Origin: Eledone cirrhosa | Lineage: Eukaryota | DNA: 64,000 bases | Assembly: GCA_964016885.1 (NCBI GenBank) | Contig: OZ024745.1 | Span: 53,196,001 to 53,260,000 of the forward strand | Direction: 5' to 3' | The notes under the pieces: generated by a model | Database searches by the model: none | What the model was told of the DNA's origin: nothing | What the model saw: the letters and a program-made list of their open reading frames with translations, nothing else | Translations under genes and position numbers: made by a program | Shown: positions 42,311 to 63,060 of the stretch, piece by piece | Layout: every line of letters begins with the position of its first letter | Position numbering within the stretch: the first letter of the stretch is position 1

Positions 42311-43184
42311 ATAATAATAAATTTGAAGACTAAAATCCAAAGAGGGCTCGATAAGGATAAATATATATCAAATATATAAGAACCGTAGAGCAAATATTTA
42401 TTAAAATAACAGATTAAAGTTTAAGCAAAGAATCGCTGCTTTCACCCTTAACGGGATCTTCTGAAACTAACAAAGTCAATCTGTGAACGCAGAAGTAAAT
42501 ATTTCAATAAACGTTGCAACCGGAGGAAGACTGGAAGACGATACTTTGGTTCGTGGAAACGTTCCCTGGCAAAGAACGGGAAAAAACGAATATAATACGT
42601 GCGTGTATATGTATACCTATGGCGAGTGTTTCCGCGTATGCTTGTGTATGTACGTATATGGATGCGTGTATGTATTTATTTAATTTCAATTACCTCTAAT
42701 TTATTTACTTTATTCTTAACTCTGAAGCCGTGAATCATTCGGTTTCCTAGTTAGAATTTTAGTCTACGACTTCAGTTATACCATTTACGTGGTTTTGTCT
42801 TTGCGTGCAATTGTTCTCACCGCTCCACATATGACGTATTATCTTTCGTTTTTTTTTCGTTCATTGCCAGAGAACGTCTCTATGAACCACCTAAGAGAAC
42901 ATGAGTCTACGACTTCTTTTATACCATAAACGTGGTTTTGTCTTTGCGTGTAATTGTTTTTCACCGCTCCAAACAATGACGTATTATATTCGTTTTTTCC
43001 CGTTCTCTGCCAGGGAACGTTTCCACGAACCAAAGTATCGTCTTCCTGTTTTCCTCCGGTTGCAACGTTTTTTGAAATATTTACTTCTGCGTTCACAGAT
43101 TGACTTTGTTAGTTTCAGAAGATCCCGTTAAGGGTGAAAGCAGCGATTCTTTGCTTAAACTTTAATCTGTTATTTTAATAAATA
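42308..43184. mobile_element. Fold-back insertion, family F3 (also 60587-61240)
   Basis: 42395-42600 is the reverse complement of 42979-43184. The tail 42308-42394 is on the left. An internal 143-bp tandem duplication starts at 42762 and 42905. Confidence 0.88.
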
Positions 43185-43473
43185 TATATATATATATGTG
43201 TGTGGATGAACTTATATTTCCCCAATTCATGTATTTATCGTGGAAAGAACTATTTTCATGTTATATTCTCACCTCGAAACTCACATACATATGTATCAAC
43301 AAAAATACATTTGAAAAACTCGTCTTAATTTTCCTACGTCTGTCTGACTTTTAAATTTATGTTTTCTCGATGTGCCATTCATACGTCTCTCCCAACGTTG
43401 TGTTGCCTCATCTTGGAAATCATATATAAGAAATGTTTGTGTGTGTGTGTATGTTTCTATCTGTTTGCGTGTA

Positions 43474-43601
<128 letters not shown>

Positions 43602-44399
43602 ATACAAAGAACAATTAAATTTGAATTATAAAAATCCAAAAGGCAATTCTCGGTTACTTCATTGCTCTGTGTATCAACAACTAACTCTTCTAACATACAG
43701 AGAACGGCGTGGTCGAAATTTCTAATTGCTTTTTGCAAGAAAGAACACTTCCATTTAACTTTAGTGTTCACAGCTTTTCTATAACGGTTGCTGATTCGAT
43801 TAGTGAAGTAGCGATAAAATACCTGTTCAATTACAAAGCCGCCGTGTGTATTATGTCTACAATTGGCTGAGTTTGCAGCAGCCAGTTCGAAAGGTGATAT
43901 GAAGTGGTATATGGACAGATTGACATGATGAGATATTTTATAAAAGTTAGCAGATTTCGAAGGTTTACCAAAGAATAACTATTGTCATTTATCACTAACC
44001 TGAAATCTATTGCACATAAGCTGTAAAGTAAAATTTTATAGTTCTTAAACTGTTAACGAAAAAAAGAAATAACCACTGCGTTTTATGCTCCATTTTTCCT
44101 TTTACAGCAATACATGTAAGCGGTTGAATATCTTATATTGCGTTGCTCATGTCATCATCATCATCGTCATTGTCCTTATTGTCGTCGTTGCCGCCGTCTT
44201 TGTCATCATCATACATGTGTCCATCAAAATTAGACAAGTTCTTCCTACGTTAAACACAGTAGTACATATCCTTTTTGAAAGACATTTATTTACCTGCATT
44301 GCTTTGTTTTCATGGAGATTTCTAAACTCTTTCAATCATTATATAATCTAAATTTCTCCCACATCCATTTATTTAATTATATTGCTATGATTTCTTGGA

Positions 44400-45100
44400 G
44401 GTTTCAAAGCTCAATTAAGCAGTAACACAAATCCCCTTTAAAACCATCTTGCTTTCTTCGGCATGCTGCATTTATTTTTATTAGGATTATCGTTAGAACC
44501 GCAGAGAAATACCTTAGCTAACTCTACCACTGAGATAGGCAGCAGCACATACCAGTTTTAGAATCTGACCATCTTGTGTACCTTACATACCTTCAAGGGC
44601 ATTTTCCTCGTAAATATATCAATGTGGCAGGCGGTTTCTCCTTTCATTTCCCATAGTCTACAGGAAAGTGAATCTAGAGTTATAGCTTTTAGGGATTGCT
44701 CTTTTGATGCATATATTAGAGTTTCCGTCCCAATCTTAAGATTTGATCTTTCTATTCGTTCTATTGATACTTGATTATCTCCTTTAGATTCCACTTTTCT
44801 TATCAATGAGTCAGATATCAATTTATCTATACACACTATCTTAGTCTCATCTCCCATTCATTTTATAATTATTCATTTCAGTACAAATTTCAGTCTGCAT
44901 ATTTTTACCTTGTTTTACACTTAATGACCAGAAGTCGATACTCTTTCTTGTGGAACCACCAAAATAATTTACTTCCTATTTTTTGACATTCCTTACTGCT
45001 TATCGAATTACTGGTCTTGGGTAGATACATTGCTGACAAGGAATTACGGCACACAACTGTTATCACGTGTAGGACTGATTCGGCTTTCATCTGACTCGAT
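44400..45100 (-). pseudogene. Possible decayed APE endonuclease region of a LINE
   Basis: Only weak motif remnants (SAMYLP.., KIGTE.., QDGQ..). Confidence 0.25.
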
Positions 45101-46699
45101 TGTAACGATCGCCTCGCCACCTTTCTTTAATAAGAATGGACATGCAGTTTTTATCTATCTGGTGGCTATAGTAATAAATACTGTGTGGTGAACAAGATAG
45201 AATGAAGACAAGCATGTTTCTTTTTAACTAAGGCCTCTGGAACTTTGACAAGGTATACTTGAAAAGGAAATTGAGGTTGGAGAGGGAAGTGCTGCCGTCC
45301 AGCAAATGTCTTGAAATGTAGATGATGATGGTCAACATGACTCGAAGGAGTGGGCCTGCTGTGAATATGCAACTATTTATAGGAATAGGATGACTGGGAA
45401 AAGACACGTGCTTTAATGAATATCCCTCCCCCTTTCCGTTCTATTGGGGAAGTTTCTTTATTTTACATTTATTATCTCTTTTCAACTTGTTTTTGTTATA
45501 CCATACAGTATCCATCATTGTGGAATGTTACAGAAAGCCTTCTGGTAGTCTCGATATTGTTATTATTGTGAGGGTGGTAGATTAGCAAAATCCATAGAGC
45601 GACGTTTTATAACACTGTGGGTTTTGCAGGTTAGCAACAATTTTGAACAAATTTAAGGGTTCTTGTTATTCTAGCATGACACAAGACAATAGAGATAAGA
45701 AATAATCAGTATACAAAAACATGCAAAAGCATTAGTTTATTTAAATATGCATGCTGCCACTGTAATTGCTGTAAACTGTGATTGTAATTTTACATCATTG
45801 AAACGAAATAGCCTGCGGGGAGTCAATAGCGGACTGCATCTGGCATATTTCAATTTTCCCATTGTGATGTTTTTGTAATACACCTTTCAACCCCGACAAA
45901 AAAATAAATCTGCTATCTATATCAGTGAAAATCGAAAGCGGAAAGTAAAGGGTTGTAACTATTCCCCTCTCTCATAGAATTTATGGTTTGACGTCAGTAT
46001 AAGAAATCGATACCATGACGATGGGTTAAATGCTTATATGCTTTATGTTCTAGATTTAAATCTTGCCAATGCATGAGCATCATAATATATTTCGCCATAC
46101 ATAAGGTTATTCTTTTCTTCTGGTAAAAAAAACAACAATATTTCTTTTTATCTTTTTTTCTTTTATTTGTTCTTTCTTTATATTCTGATTCAGTATGTTT
46201 TATAGATGCTCCTTCTGCGTTTGTTTGTTTTTGTTTTTTTATGATAAATGTCGGAGTAACCGAAGGAATTTCATTTCGGTTCTGAAGGTAATTAATTGTT
46301 GTACTTCTGGGTTCTGTTTGACCGAAAAAGAATCATTACAAGATATATGTTCTGGTTTGTCTCCCACGCAATTCTTACATTTGTGTAAGGGGAGTCTAGA
46401 CGAGAATTAAATGCCAAACCATGGAGAATTGACAAGGTTTCGTTCTAATCATTATTTTCGTCACTTAAAACAGAGCCTAACGTGAAAGACAGAGATAGAA
46501 AGAGATTTTTCATTGAAAGAGAGAATACGAACTCTATAAGGTGTAGAAATGAAAAACTAAACCGAGATAATGTAATAAAAAAAATAAACAATAAGGAATA
46601 TTTAAGATTGTGATAAATAGACAAAGTTGGAAAGAGGTAAGACAATGAAAATAAAATAAAAACAACCAATGTTGATAAAGAGAAAGGAAAAGACAGAGT

Positions 46700-47140
<441 letters not shown>

Positions 47141-49250
47141 AATCAAAGGGGGAGGGAGAATAAGAAGGAAGTTTGTCGGTTAATAATGAAAAAATATATA
47201 AAAGCAACAAAAAACGTGAGTAGAGGGATGTTAAATCAGTAAATAGAACGTTAAAAAATAGTTTGTATAGAAGCAGAGAAAGATAGAGTTGTAGGGGGGA
47301 GATTTAATATGATAAAGGGAAAGAGAATTATAAAAGAAGCAAGCCAAAACAGAAAGGATTGAGAGTTGGTGAGAGGAGGAGTGAGAGTGAATAGATGGAA
47401 TAGAGCAAAGCTGCAGTGGAAAGGATATCTAGATAAAACTAGATGAATGGGGGGAGGAAAGGAAAAAAAAACAGAAGAATATAGGAATAGAATATAGGCT
47501 TAATGAGATTGAGAGAGAGAGGTGATATTGTAAATAAATAAATGAATAAATAAATAAGAGAAGGTGAATGGTGAATTCAGTTGTATTTATTTATATTTTT
47601 GTATCGCACGTAAATGGAAATGTAATACTGCCATGCATTTCAGAAGGAAATTAGTGATATATGAAACGGTTCTAACGAAAATCGAAATGGCAAATGGAAA
47701 TTTATCCCTTTAGTTTCTTTTGATGATGGACAAGCATTCAGATGGATTTGGAAAGGAGCATGCATGGTTGTGATTCATGCTCTTTCCTACAAACCAACAG
47801 GTTGTGGGTCATACGATGAATGGTGGTTGTTAGTTAATTGATTCAGCGATGATAAATTAACTTGACTGAAAAAAATTAATTGCAAATAGGATTTGTTTGA
47901 TTTATTTAATGAATAAAGAAAAGTGTTCAACTGGCAGAGATGTTAGACAATCGGTTTGAATCTGTAGTGCTATTCCTTTTGGCTCTCTCTCTGAATTCAG
48001 ATTTTACAAAGGTCAATTTATTCCTCCGGAATCGTTAAATATAATACAAATCAAATATTCTCTTAGATTATTTCTTTCTCACTTTCTCTCCTGAAAAGTG
48101 TCCCGGAAGACTACTCACAGCAAGCTTTTCTCCAAAACCTGGAAACTGATTTAACAAGGGGAAAGCAATATTTTTCAAAGAAAATCTATATACTACTGAA
48201 GCTGCTCAAGGGTGCTGGGATGTATATATAAAATAATTAATGGTAACTACAGGTATGATTTGTTTGATTTCTTTAATGAGTGAAGATAATGTACAGAGTC
48301 GTGCGAGAAAATTCCATGTGGTGTTTGTTCAGGCTCTGCGTTTCGAGTGCATATGATGTGGGTGCCAAATTTAGCTTTCATCTAATCGGGTCCGATATGT
48401 AAAGTACCAGTCTACGGCGGTTTGCTGGAAGTATTCTATCGCTTGAAGTGACAGCTTACAGTTTCGTTTTTTGGTTAGTTGTGTTTGTAGTTCAAATTCT
48501 GCTTCATATCACTAATTTCCTCATAGCTGAGAACACAAATCTTCGGACGTAGATAGAATCTTGATTGACCTCTGGTATGAATCGCTACAACACGTAGATC
48601 GGGGCTGCATTAATTTGATTACACCATTACACCAATGTCAAACACGTGAATGCTACAAGATAAAAGCTGGAACAAAAATATTAATGGATGAATAACGAAA
48701 TATTAGGTCACATTAGGTTTCAATTGATAATATATTCCTCTTTTCAGTATAATATACTCCTACAGCTAATGGAGGATGGCCATGATCAAGGAAATAACAA
48801 AGCATATTCATTCATATTTCTTACATTTATTGAGCCATGACAAATATATTACATACATCTTGAGCTAACATCATATTATTTTGTTAACTATCTTCATTAG
48901 GCCAAAAATATGTGGCTGTTCCATGATATCCACAAAGATGACCTCCCATATTGTAAATTCGATGCAGCTTAAACGTCTGAATAATTAACGTGTTTTATTG
49001 GTGTCTTGTTAGTTTCTATGGTCATGAGGTTTAGGCAATAAAAATATATATTATTCTGTGATATAAATAAGTAAACCAACATATTCTTGTTTCGATAAAA
49101 CTGCAAATGATATATGTATAAAGAACAAATGTTTTGTTAATATGCGTTTCCGTGTTTGTTCTTATCAATTGAATCTGGGAATGAGAGTGGCTTTTACACT
49201 GCTCTATGACTTCAAAACAGCGAGTAAATATATAATTAAATATAGAAACA

Positions 49251-49361
<111 letters not shown>

Positions 49362-49367
49362 ATAAAG

Positions 49368-49957
49368 AATTAGTATATCTACCAACATATATATACAGAT
49401 GTATACCTATGCAAGTAAATATATAGTTTTGTCTTAGTAACTTTGTGGTTCAATGCAAGGGGATGCAGAACAATTATATGAAAAACGTAAAATAAGAAAA
49501 TTATAGTAATTAGCTTACTTACTTGCATTTCACTCCAACTAATTAGTTTCTGAAAGGGAATATACATAGTCTCCAAATGGAGATCATGGAGAAACCTTTT
49601 CTTCATCAGGGAGTCATTCTCAGCTAAGATACCTGGCGATGCGCGGACACAGGGAACTTATACAAAAATAATTCAGTGATTGATTCTTTTGAATTTGCCA
49701 CCGACCAAGAAGGCGGTGATTTTTTCAGTGTCTTGGAATTTAGTCCCCGCTTGCTCTTTTCCATCCACTGAATTATTTTTTGTATAAGTTCCTTGTGTCC
49801 GCGCATCGCCAGGTATCTTAGCGAGAATGACTCCCTGATGAAGAACAGGTTTCTCCATTATCTCCATTTGGAGACTATGTATATTCCCTTTCAAAAACTA
49901 ATTAGTTGGAGTGAAATTTAAGTAAGTAAGCTAATTACTATAATTTTCTTATTTTAC

Positions 49958-49961
<4 letters not shown>
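49368..49961. mobile_element. Fold-back PLE pLTR, family F2, hammerhead in each arm
   Basis: Arms at about 49482-49678 and 49766-49961, spacer of about 87 nt, tail 49368-49481, (TA)n flanks. Confidence 0.9.
49532..49614 (-). ncRNA. Type-I hammerhead motif with a long stem-II insert (mirror 49830-49912 has GAAA changed to AAAA)
   Basis: Minus strand: actcc-CTGATGA-agaa...ttca-GAAA-ctaattag-TT-ggagt. Confidence 0.75.
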
Positions 49962-50233
<272 letters not shown>

Positions 50234-50239
50234 TATATA

Positions 50240-53303
<3,064 letters not shown>

Positions 53304-53324
53304 TTATATATATATATATATAAA

Positions 53325-53363
<39 letters not shown>

Positions 53364-54366
53364 ATATAAATATATATGTACATCAAACTACATACAATAC
53401 TTTCTGCGCATCACGAGCCAAAAACAATATAACATCACCGAGAAAATAAATTTAATAAAAAGAGACGTATATATAAAGATATAGAAGGCATTACTTTACT
53501 AATAAAAAATATATAAATGAAAATTTAGCTGAACACTTCTCAATTTTAATGGAATGAAGTAAGCGTATAATCAATATTCTATGGTGAACTCTATTAAAAA
53601 AAAACAATTTTCTCTTACAATAGCAGTTATAAGACAAACTATATTAGCATTCAAAATGTAACAGCATTTCGTTTTATTGGTATTAGAAGCTATTCAAAAA
53701 TATTTGTCTACTTTTCTTTCTTTTAGTATCTTTAAAGAATTTTATAAGAAATAAGTCTATTTCATTTCAAAAGTCACTTTCTGTAAACAGAGAAAAAATA
53801 AAAGCTATATAACTAATGATATTTCTGGTTTATTTTCTTTCCCTACTAATTTCATTTTTGTCTTCTTTTTTAGTCATCAGCAAAGGACATTATGTAAATA
53901 CACATTAAACTTAATTTGCATTTTTTTCCGGCTGGCTAATTAAAATAATTTTTTCATGACAAAACTAATTAATATAGAATTTCTAAAATCCATTCCCGTG
54001 TGAGTAAGGGAAATATCGCTTAGATATGAAGAAAAATAAACTAATAATAATATTGATCATGTTCCTGGTGATGATAATAATGATTATCATCATCATCATG
54101 GTCATGATGAACAAAATAAATGAAGTTTATAATTAGATAGCAGGGTTTCTTTATTATGTATGAATGTTATTTTCTTCCTCAGCAACCAATTTCTTATTCA
54201 TAAATAATGCAATATTCAATTTAGAATTTCTGAAGCCTTGATCACGTTATTAAGTATGTAGACGAATATAAGGAGGTTCATTTGAAAGTCCATTTCACTG
54301 GTATTTGCATTTTCAAACTACGTGCAAATTATCATTATATTATACATTTATACACCCACGCACACA

Positions 54367-54412
<46 letters not shown>

Positions 54413-54515
54413 CGTACTCCCAAACACACGCACATACATACATACATACACACACACACATTCACGCATACATACATACATACATACATACATACATACA
54501 TACATACATACATAC

Positions 54516-54924
54516 ATGGTGGCTGCCAACTCGTTTTCGTGTACGGCCACCACTTTATATCCATGTAGGAGAACCCCTACCGATGCGCTGAACGAGTGTG
54601 ACTCTTTAGTCCAGCCAGCGACTTGAAAACTCTGGTACAAACACTACACTTGTGACAATTATTGACACATAGTGCTAGGCCCATGGTACCATGTGACGAC
54701 AAGTGCAGAGAGATCTCCAGATATAAAGCAATGCCTGTGCCATGAAGCTTTTATAGTGAACAAAGGCACTGCACAAAGCCAGTCCCACTCCCTTAACCAA
54801 GATGATATTTACCAAAAAGAAGAACAAGTCAACATCATTGGATACCATCAGGGTTGCAGGTGTTATATCAGAGTGTTCCTTCTCCTAGAATTCTGCCTTG
54901 ACATAGGCTAAGGGGTCATCTCTC
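54516..54924 (-). mobile_element. Truncated copy of the 25122-25730 retroposon within (CATA)n
   Basis: High similarity, same left boundary, (CATA)n on both sides. Confidence 0.85.
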
Positions 54925-55247
54925 ATACATACATACATACATACATACATACATACATACATACATACATACATACATACATACATACATACATACATAC
55001 ATACACACACACACATACATACACTGATAGAGAGACTGAAAGTGAAAATTTCTCTTAACTGAATATATTACATGAGTGACTCAGATGTTTACAGTTTCGT
55101 ATCAAAGCACTTTACTAATTATTTGTTAAATGCCTTGGTCCATAGCTCTAGGTTCTAGATTTACCAGTTGTAGCAATCTTTATGATCAAATACAATACGT
55201 TAACACATACATATATACACACGCATCCATATATATATATATATATA

Positions 55248-58947
<3,700 letters not shown>

Positions 58948-60533
58948 AAGAGCAGGGGATAGAGACTACATAACTATTAGTAATTATTTAGGGGGGGGGG
59001 GCGAGTATCGGAGACATTTGTAAGATACTTACTCCATTAATTGTTGATTTTTATTTCTTAAGCAAAAGATCAGCCAATGGATATTGCTAAATCTTCACGC
59101 CATGTAAATGGGAGAAACATTCTATCCCGATTATTTAATAAAACCGTTTATTTTTTTAACTCGGCATCCGAAATTTAACTAATAATATCTACTGATAAAA
59201 GGTCAAATAATGCATTGACACGACATCTTTTTGTATGCTTATTTAATCATTTAGAAAATGTTGGGTTAAAGCAGAATTTGATAAAGTCGACGACTGAATA
59301 AGAGGAAGGCTTCTAATGACGAGCCTCCATGTAATTTCCGTTTACCAATTTTCTTCTACAAAACTTTAATGACAGGAAGATATGTAAAACATCGCTTGCC
59401 TAAGGTGACGTAATTCCTAAGCGATCTTCTCAACAACACAGCAGTGTTTGCAGCTGTTACATAATGCAATAGATAATGATGCAAAAACACGAAATAACTT
59501 TTTTGTGTATGAAAACAAGTATTACACTTTAAGAATATGTTCGTTCACAAGGTGATATTTGAATTATTTGTTTTGCCGAGTGAGAATTGTTTGTGTCATT
59601 TTACGAGGGGAAATATGGTTATTGAATTGCATGACAGGTAATTTCATGCAACAAGCTGAAAGAAGAATGGCCTTGTTTCTCTAAATAATACAATGTTATT
59701 ATATATAATCACATTTAACGTGCCAAAATTATTCCTTCTAAATGTAGTTAAGCTTCACATAATGTCTTTCTTGTCGAAATATGCTGGAGTAATTATAGAG
59801 TGAAAATCAAATGATTTAAGATGAGAATTGGGAGTTCTCATGAAATTTACAATTCCTCCCAATATAGAATAGGGAGATGGAAAAGATCCCTGTATATACG
59901 CCTGTAACAGAATGGGTTTCACTGCAGTCATTCAACTATCAAGTGGTGTTAAACGGAAGGACCGATTAGAATTATTTGAAAACTACGGAAAAATTGTAGT
60001 CTTGTGTATATGGGTAGAATGAACCAAATGTGACTAGTACAATAATTCAAAAACCAAATTTCCGATGACACTTGATTGAACATTCGAACGCTTGATGAGT
60101 TAGTTTGCTCAAACCCAATCTCTCTATATCTTGGAGATCAAATGTCATCTATGTGACATAATGGGAAATAAAATTAAACTTAATTAAACAAATATATATA
60201 GTATATCTGTAAATCAGTTTGGTGGACTTTTACTCGACCACTAGCTGTTAGTGAAAGAGGCCTCGTGCTTTTAAACGAACACGCGCGCGCACACGCACGC
60301 ATGCACGCACGCACACACACACGCACACATACACACACACACACACACATTTATATATATTTATAACAAAATAAATTTACTTTAATGTCCCAAACGGGTA
60401 AAAATGTGACGAAAAGAAATTGAAATTACAACTGGAGTCTTTTAAGAACATTTATTTACTTTACCGGTGTCATAGTTCTTATGATTTTCAAAAGTAGAAT
60501 TGATATAATGGAAGGTTTTCAATTTCTATTCTT

Positions 60534-60586
<53 letters not shown>

Positions 60587-60591
<5 letters not shown>

Positions 60592-61240
60592 AAAATAACA
60601 GATTAAAGTTTAAGCAAAGAATCGCTGCTTTCACCCTTAACGGGATCTTCTGAAACTAACAAAGTCAATCTGTAAACGCAGAACTGGATATTTCAAAAAA
60701 CGTTACAACCGAAGGAAGATAGAAAGACGATACTTTGGTTCGTGGAAACGTTCGCTGGCTAAGAACGGGAAAAAACGAATATAATACGTCATTAATAGGA
60801 GCGGTGAAAAACAATTACGCGCAAAGACAGAACCACGTTTATGGTATAAAAGAGGTAGTAGACTAATGTTCTCTAGGTGGTGCATAGAGACGTTTTCTGG
60901 CAATGAACGAAAAAAACGAAGATAATACGTCATATCTGGAGCGTGGAGAACAATAGCAAGCAAAGACAAAACCACGTAAATGGTATAGCAGAACTCGTAG
61001 ACTAAATTCAAACTAGGAGACCAAATGAATCTCCGCTACGGAGTTAAGAACAAAGTAAATAAATACAATACAGAAGTAATAGAAATAAATAAATACATAC
61101 ACGCAAACAAAAACGTACATACACAAGCATACGCAAAAACTTACCATAGGTAAACAAAACCAGGCACATATAAATATGTGCGTGTGTGTAAGCGTGTATA
61201 CAAATAAATAAATAATTATATAAACGTATATAAATAAATA
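60587..61240 (-). mobile_element. Family F3 repeat, tail-less arm
   Basis: Reverse complement of about 42600-43184; ends at (TA)n at the same terminal position. Confidence 0.85.
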
Positions 61241-61399
61241 AATATTGTTATATTTGGGGAGGGTCATATTTGCGTAATATTGCCAGAATTAATAACAGAA
61301 CACACTCACTGTTTGGTTGGTTTTCGCTTCTCGCTGTCTTTTATATATATATATCTGCGATCTAACTTACTCGGTCCTCAATGTTGCCATTGACTGACC
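61240..61399 (+). mobile_element. pLTR-like 3' end with tail (family of 18888-19133 and 49990-50132)
   Basis: TTGGGGAGGGTCATATTTG...CTCGGTCCTCAATGTTGCCATTGACTGACC. Confidence 0.8.
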
Positions 61400-61435
61400 G
61401 GCGGTCAAAAATAATACAGATACAATATAGACAAA

Positions 61436-61496
61436 CACATATATATATAGTTTACATAAATCTTTCGTTGCACATCTGCAACATCGTCAGTGGTGT
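61436..61496 (-). ncRNA. Hammerhead-like motif in the PLE 3' region
   Basis: Minus strand: acacca-CTGACGA-t-gttgca(gatg)tgcaac-GAAA-gatttatgtaaac-TA, then (TA)n. The stem I partner is disrupted. Confidence 0.55.
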
Positions 61497-61763
61497 TATA
61501 TTCATTGTTCCTCCTGTTGTGTTGTATGTCTACGCCATTTTTTTTTGTTCAGTCTGTCTATATATTTATTTATTTATTTGCTTGTTTGTTTATCTTATTT
61601 TATTTTGTCTTCTTTGCGCATGCGTTTGCGTGTGTGTATAGTGTTATGTGTGATGTGTGACTAGTGTGTATAGTGTTGTGTCTGCTGGGTGACTAGTGTG
61701 TGTTTATGTGCTTGTGTATGTATTTATTTATCTTATTTTATTTAATTTAATTTACTTATTTAT

Positions 61764-63050
61764 TTATACTTCTCTTAGGTCAGTGTTGTTTGTTTGGGTG
61801 TTGTTGTTGTTCCACTCATTCTTTCTGTTTAGCTGTGGTCTTCTAATTTCTATTTCACTGGCCTCTCTGATTTGCCTATCTGCTGGGTCATTCCTATGTT
61901 TAGATATTATTCTAATTTCTATGTTGTCTATGTTACCGTCATGATGTTGTCTAGCATGTTCGTATAGTACTGACCCGTTTTTTCGTCCTTTTAGTTCCCC
62001 CCAGTGTTGGTCTATCCTTTCACCTATGCTACGAGCTGTCTCACCTATGTATGTTGTTGTCGTGTTTCTGCAAGTACCCTCTGTACATCTTATGCTATAG
62101 ACTACGTTTCTAGTTTTACAGTTTATCCGGGGGTTCACCTTACATATGATACATTTCCTATTGGTACAGTGGGTTTTCTTAAAAGGGTAGGTTTTGCTGA
62201 TCAGGGATTTTATGGTGGTTCCTGGCTTTTCTACCACCTTTATTTTTAAGTGGGTCTTTCTCAGGGCCTTTCTACACTGGTTAGCTAATTTCCCTCCAGG
62301 GGTGGCGTCCACAAACATGACACTCTGATATCTCTGGTTGTCGTACCATGATGTGGCCTTCCCTATCTTATGTCTAGCCCTATCTAAGCTATTCCATGAT
62401 TTGCTCCTGTATAGTGGGCAAATTCCTTTCATGTCCAGTTCTATGAGGGTCTTATACTTTTCCATGGCTCCTTCGTATACTCTGACTCTGTCTCTTTGGT
62501 TGTAGCCAGAGAACTGCATGCGGTTGATGAAGTGTTGGATGTGTCCTTCCATTTCTGTTGGGTCGCACATGCTGGACACATTCTTCATCACTCGTACCAA
62601 ATCTGCGATCAGAATATTAAACTTAGCACTACTGGACATTGCTGAGTTTTTGAGTATCAGGTATTTGGAGGCCATGGGTTTAGCATAGTGTGAGTGGAGA
62701 ATTTGGGCTCTCTCGTCTATAGTGTTAATCCAGAGTTCTGTGTCTAATACAGGTAGTCTATTGTTAGGGTGTTTGGAAGGGAAGTCTATAGTTACAGTTA
62801 TACTCTGGTGTATGGAATTAGCTATCTGCTGGATGCTTTCCATCGTGCTACGTTCTAAATCAAACTTGTTAGTGCTCTCTAGTGGGGGTGTTCTTATAAC
62901 TATATTGATATCGTCTACATAACGAGAGTACATGATGAGGTCTATGGAGCTTTCATTAAGGAGATCTTTAAGTCTCCTTTCCCACCATACCATGAAAAGG
63001 TTGGCAACATCGCCAGCTATGCTGACGCCGATGGCTGCTCCCTCATTTTC
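61764..63050 (-). CDS. 5'-truncated PLE RT (from motif B') plus GIY-YIG endonuclease, open frame
   Basis: EGAAIG..VANLFM, YSRYVDD, LPVLD, CTNRKCIIC, NVVYSIRC..C..YIGETARSIGERIDQH, RQIREA. Confidence 0.9.
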   Translation of the reverse strand, partial: ENEGAAIGVSIAGDVANLFMVWWERRLKDLLNESSIDLIMYSRYVDDINIVIRTPPLESTNKFDLERSTMESIQQIANSIHQSITVTIDFPSKHPNNRLPVLDTELWINTIDERAQILHSHYAKPMASKYLILKNSAMSSSAKFNILIADLVRVMKNVSSMCDPTEMEGHIQHFINRMQFSGYNQRDRVRVYEGAMEKYKTLIELDMKGICPLYRSKSWNSLDRARHKIGKATSWYDNQRYQSVMFVDATPGGKLANQCRKALRKTHLKIKVVEKPGTTIKSLISKTYPFKKTHCTNRKCIICKVNPRINCKTRNVVYSIRCTEGTCRNTTTTYIGETARSIGERIDQHWGELKGRKNGSVLYEHARQHHDGNIDNIEIRIISKHRNDPADRQIREASEIEIRRPQLNRKNEWNNNNTQTNNTDLREV

Positions 63051-63060
63051 CTCATTTTGA

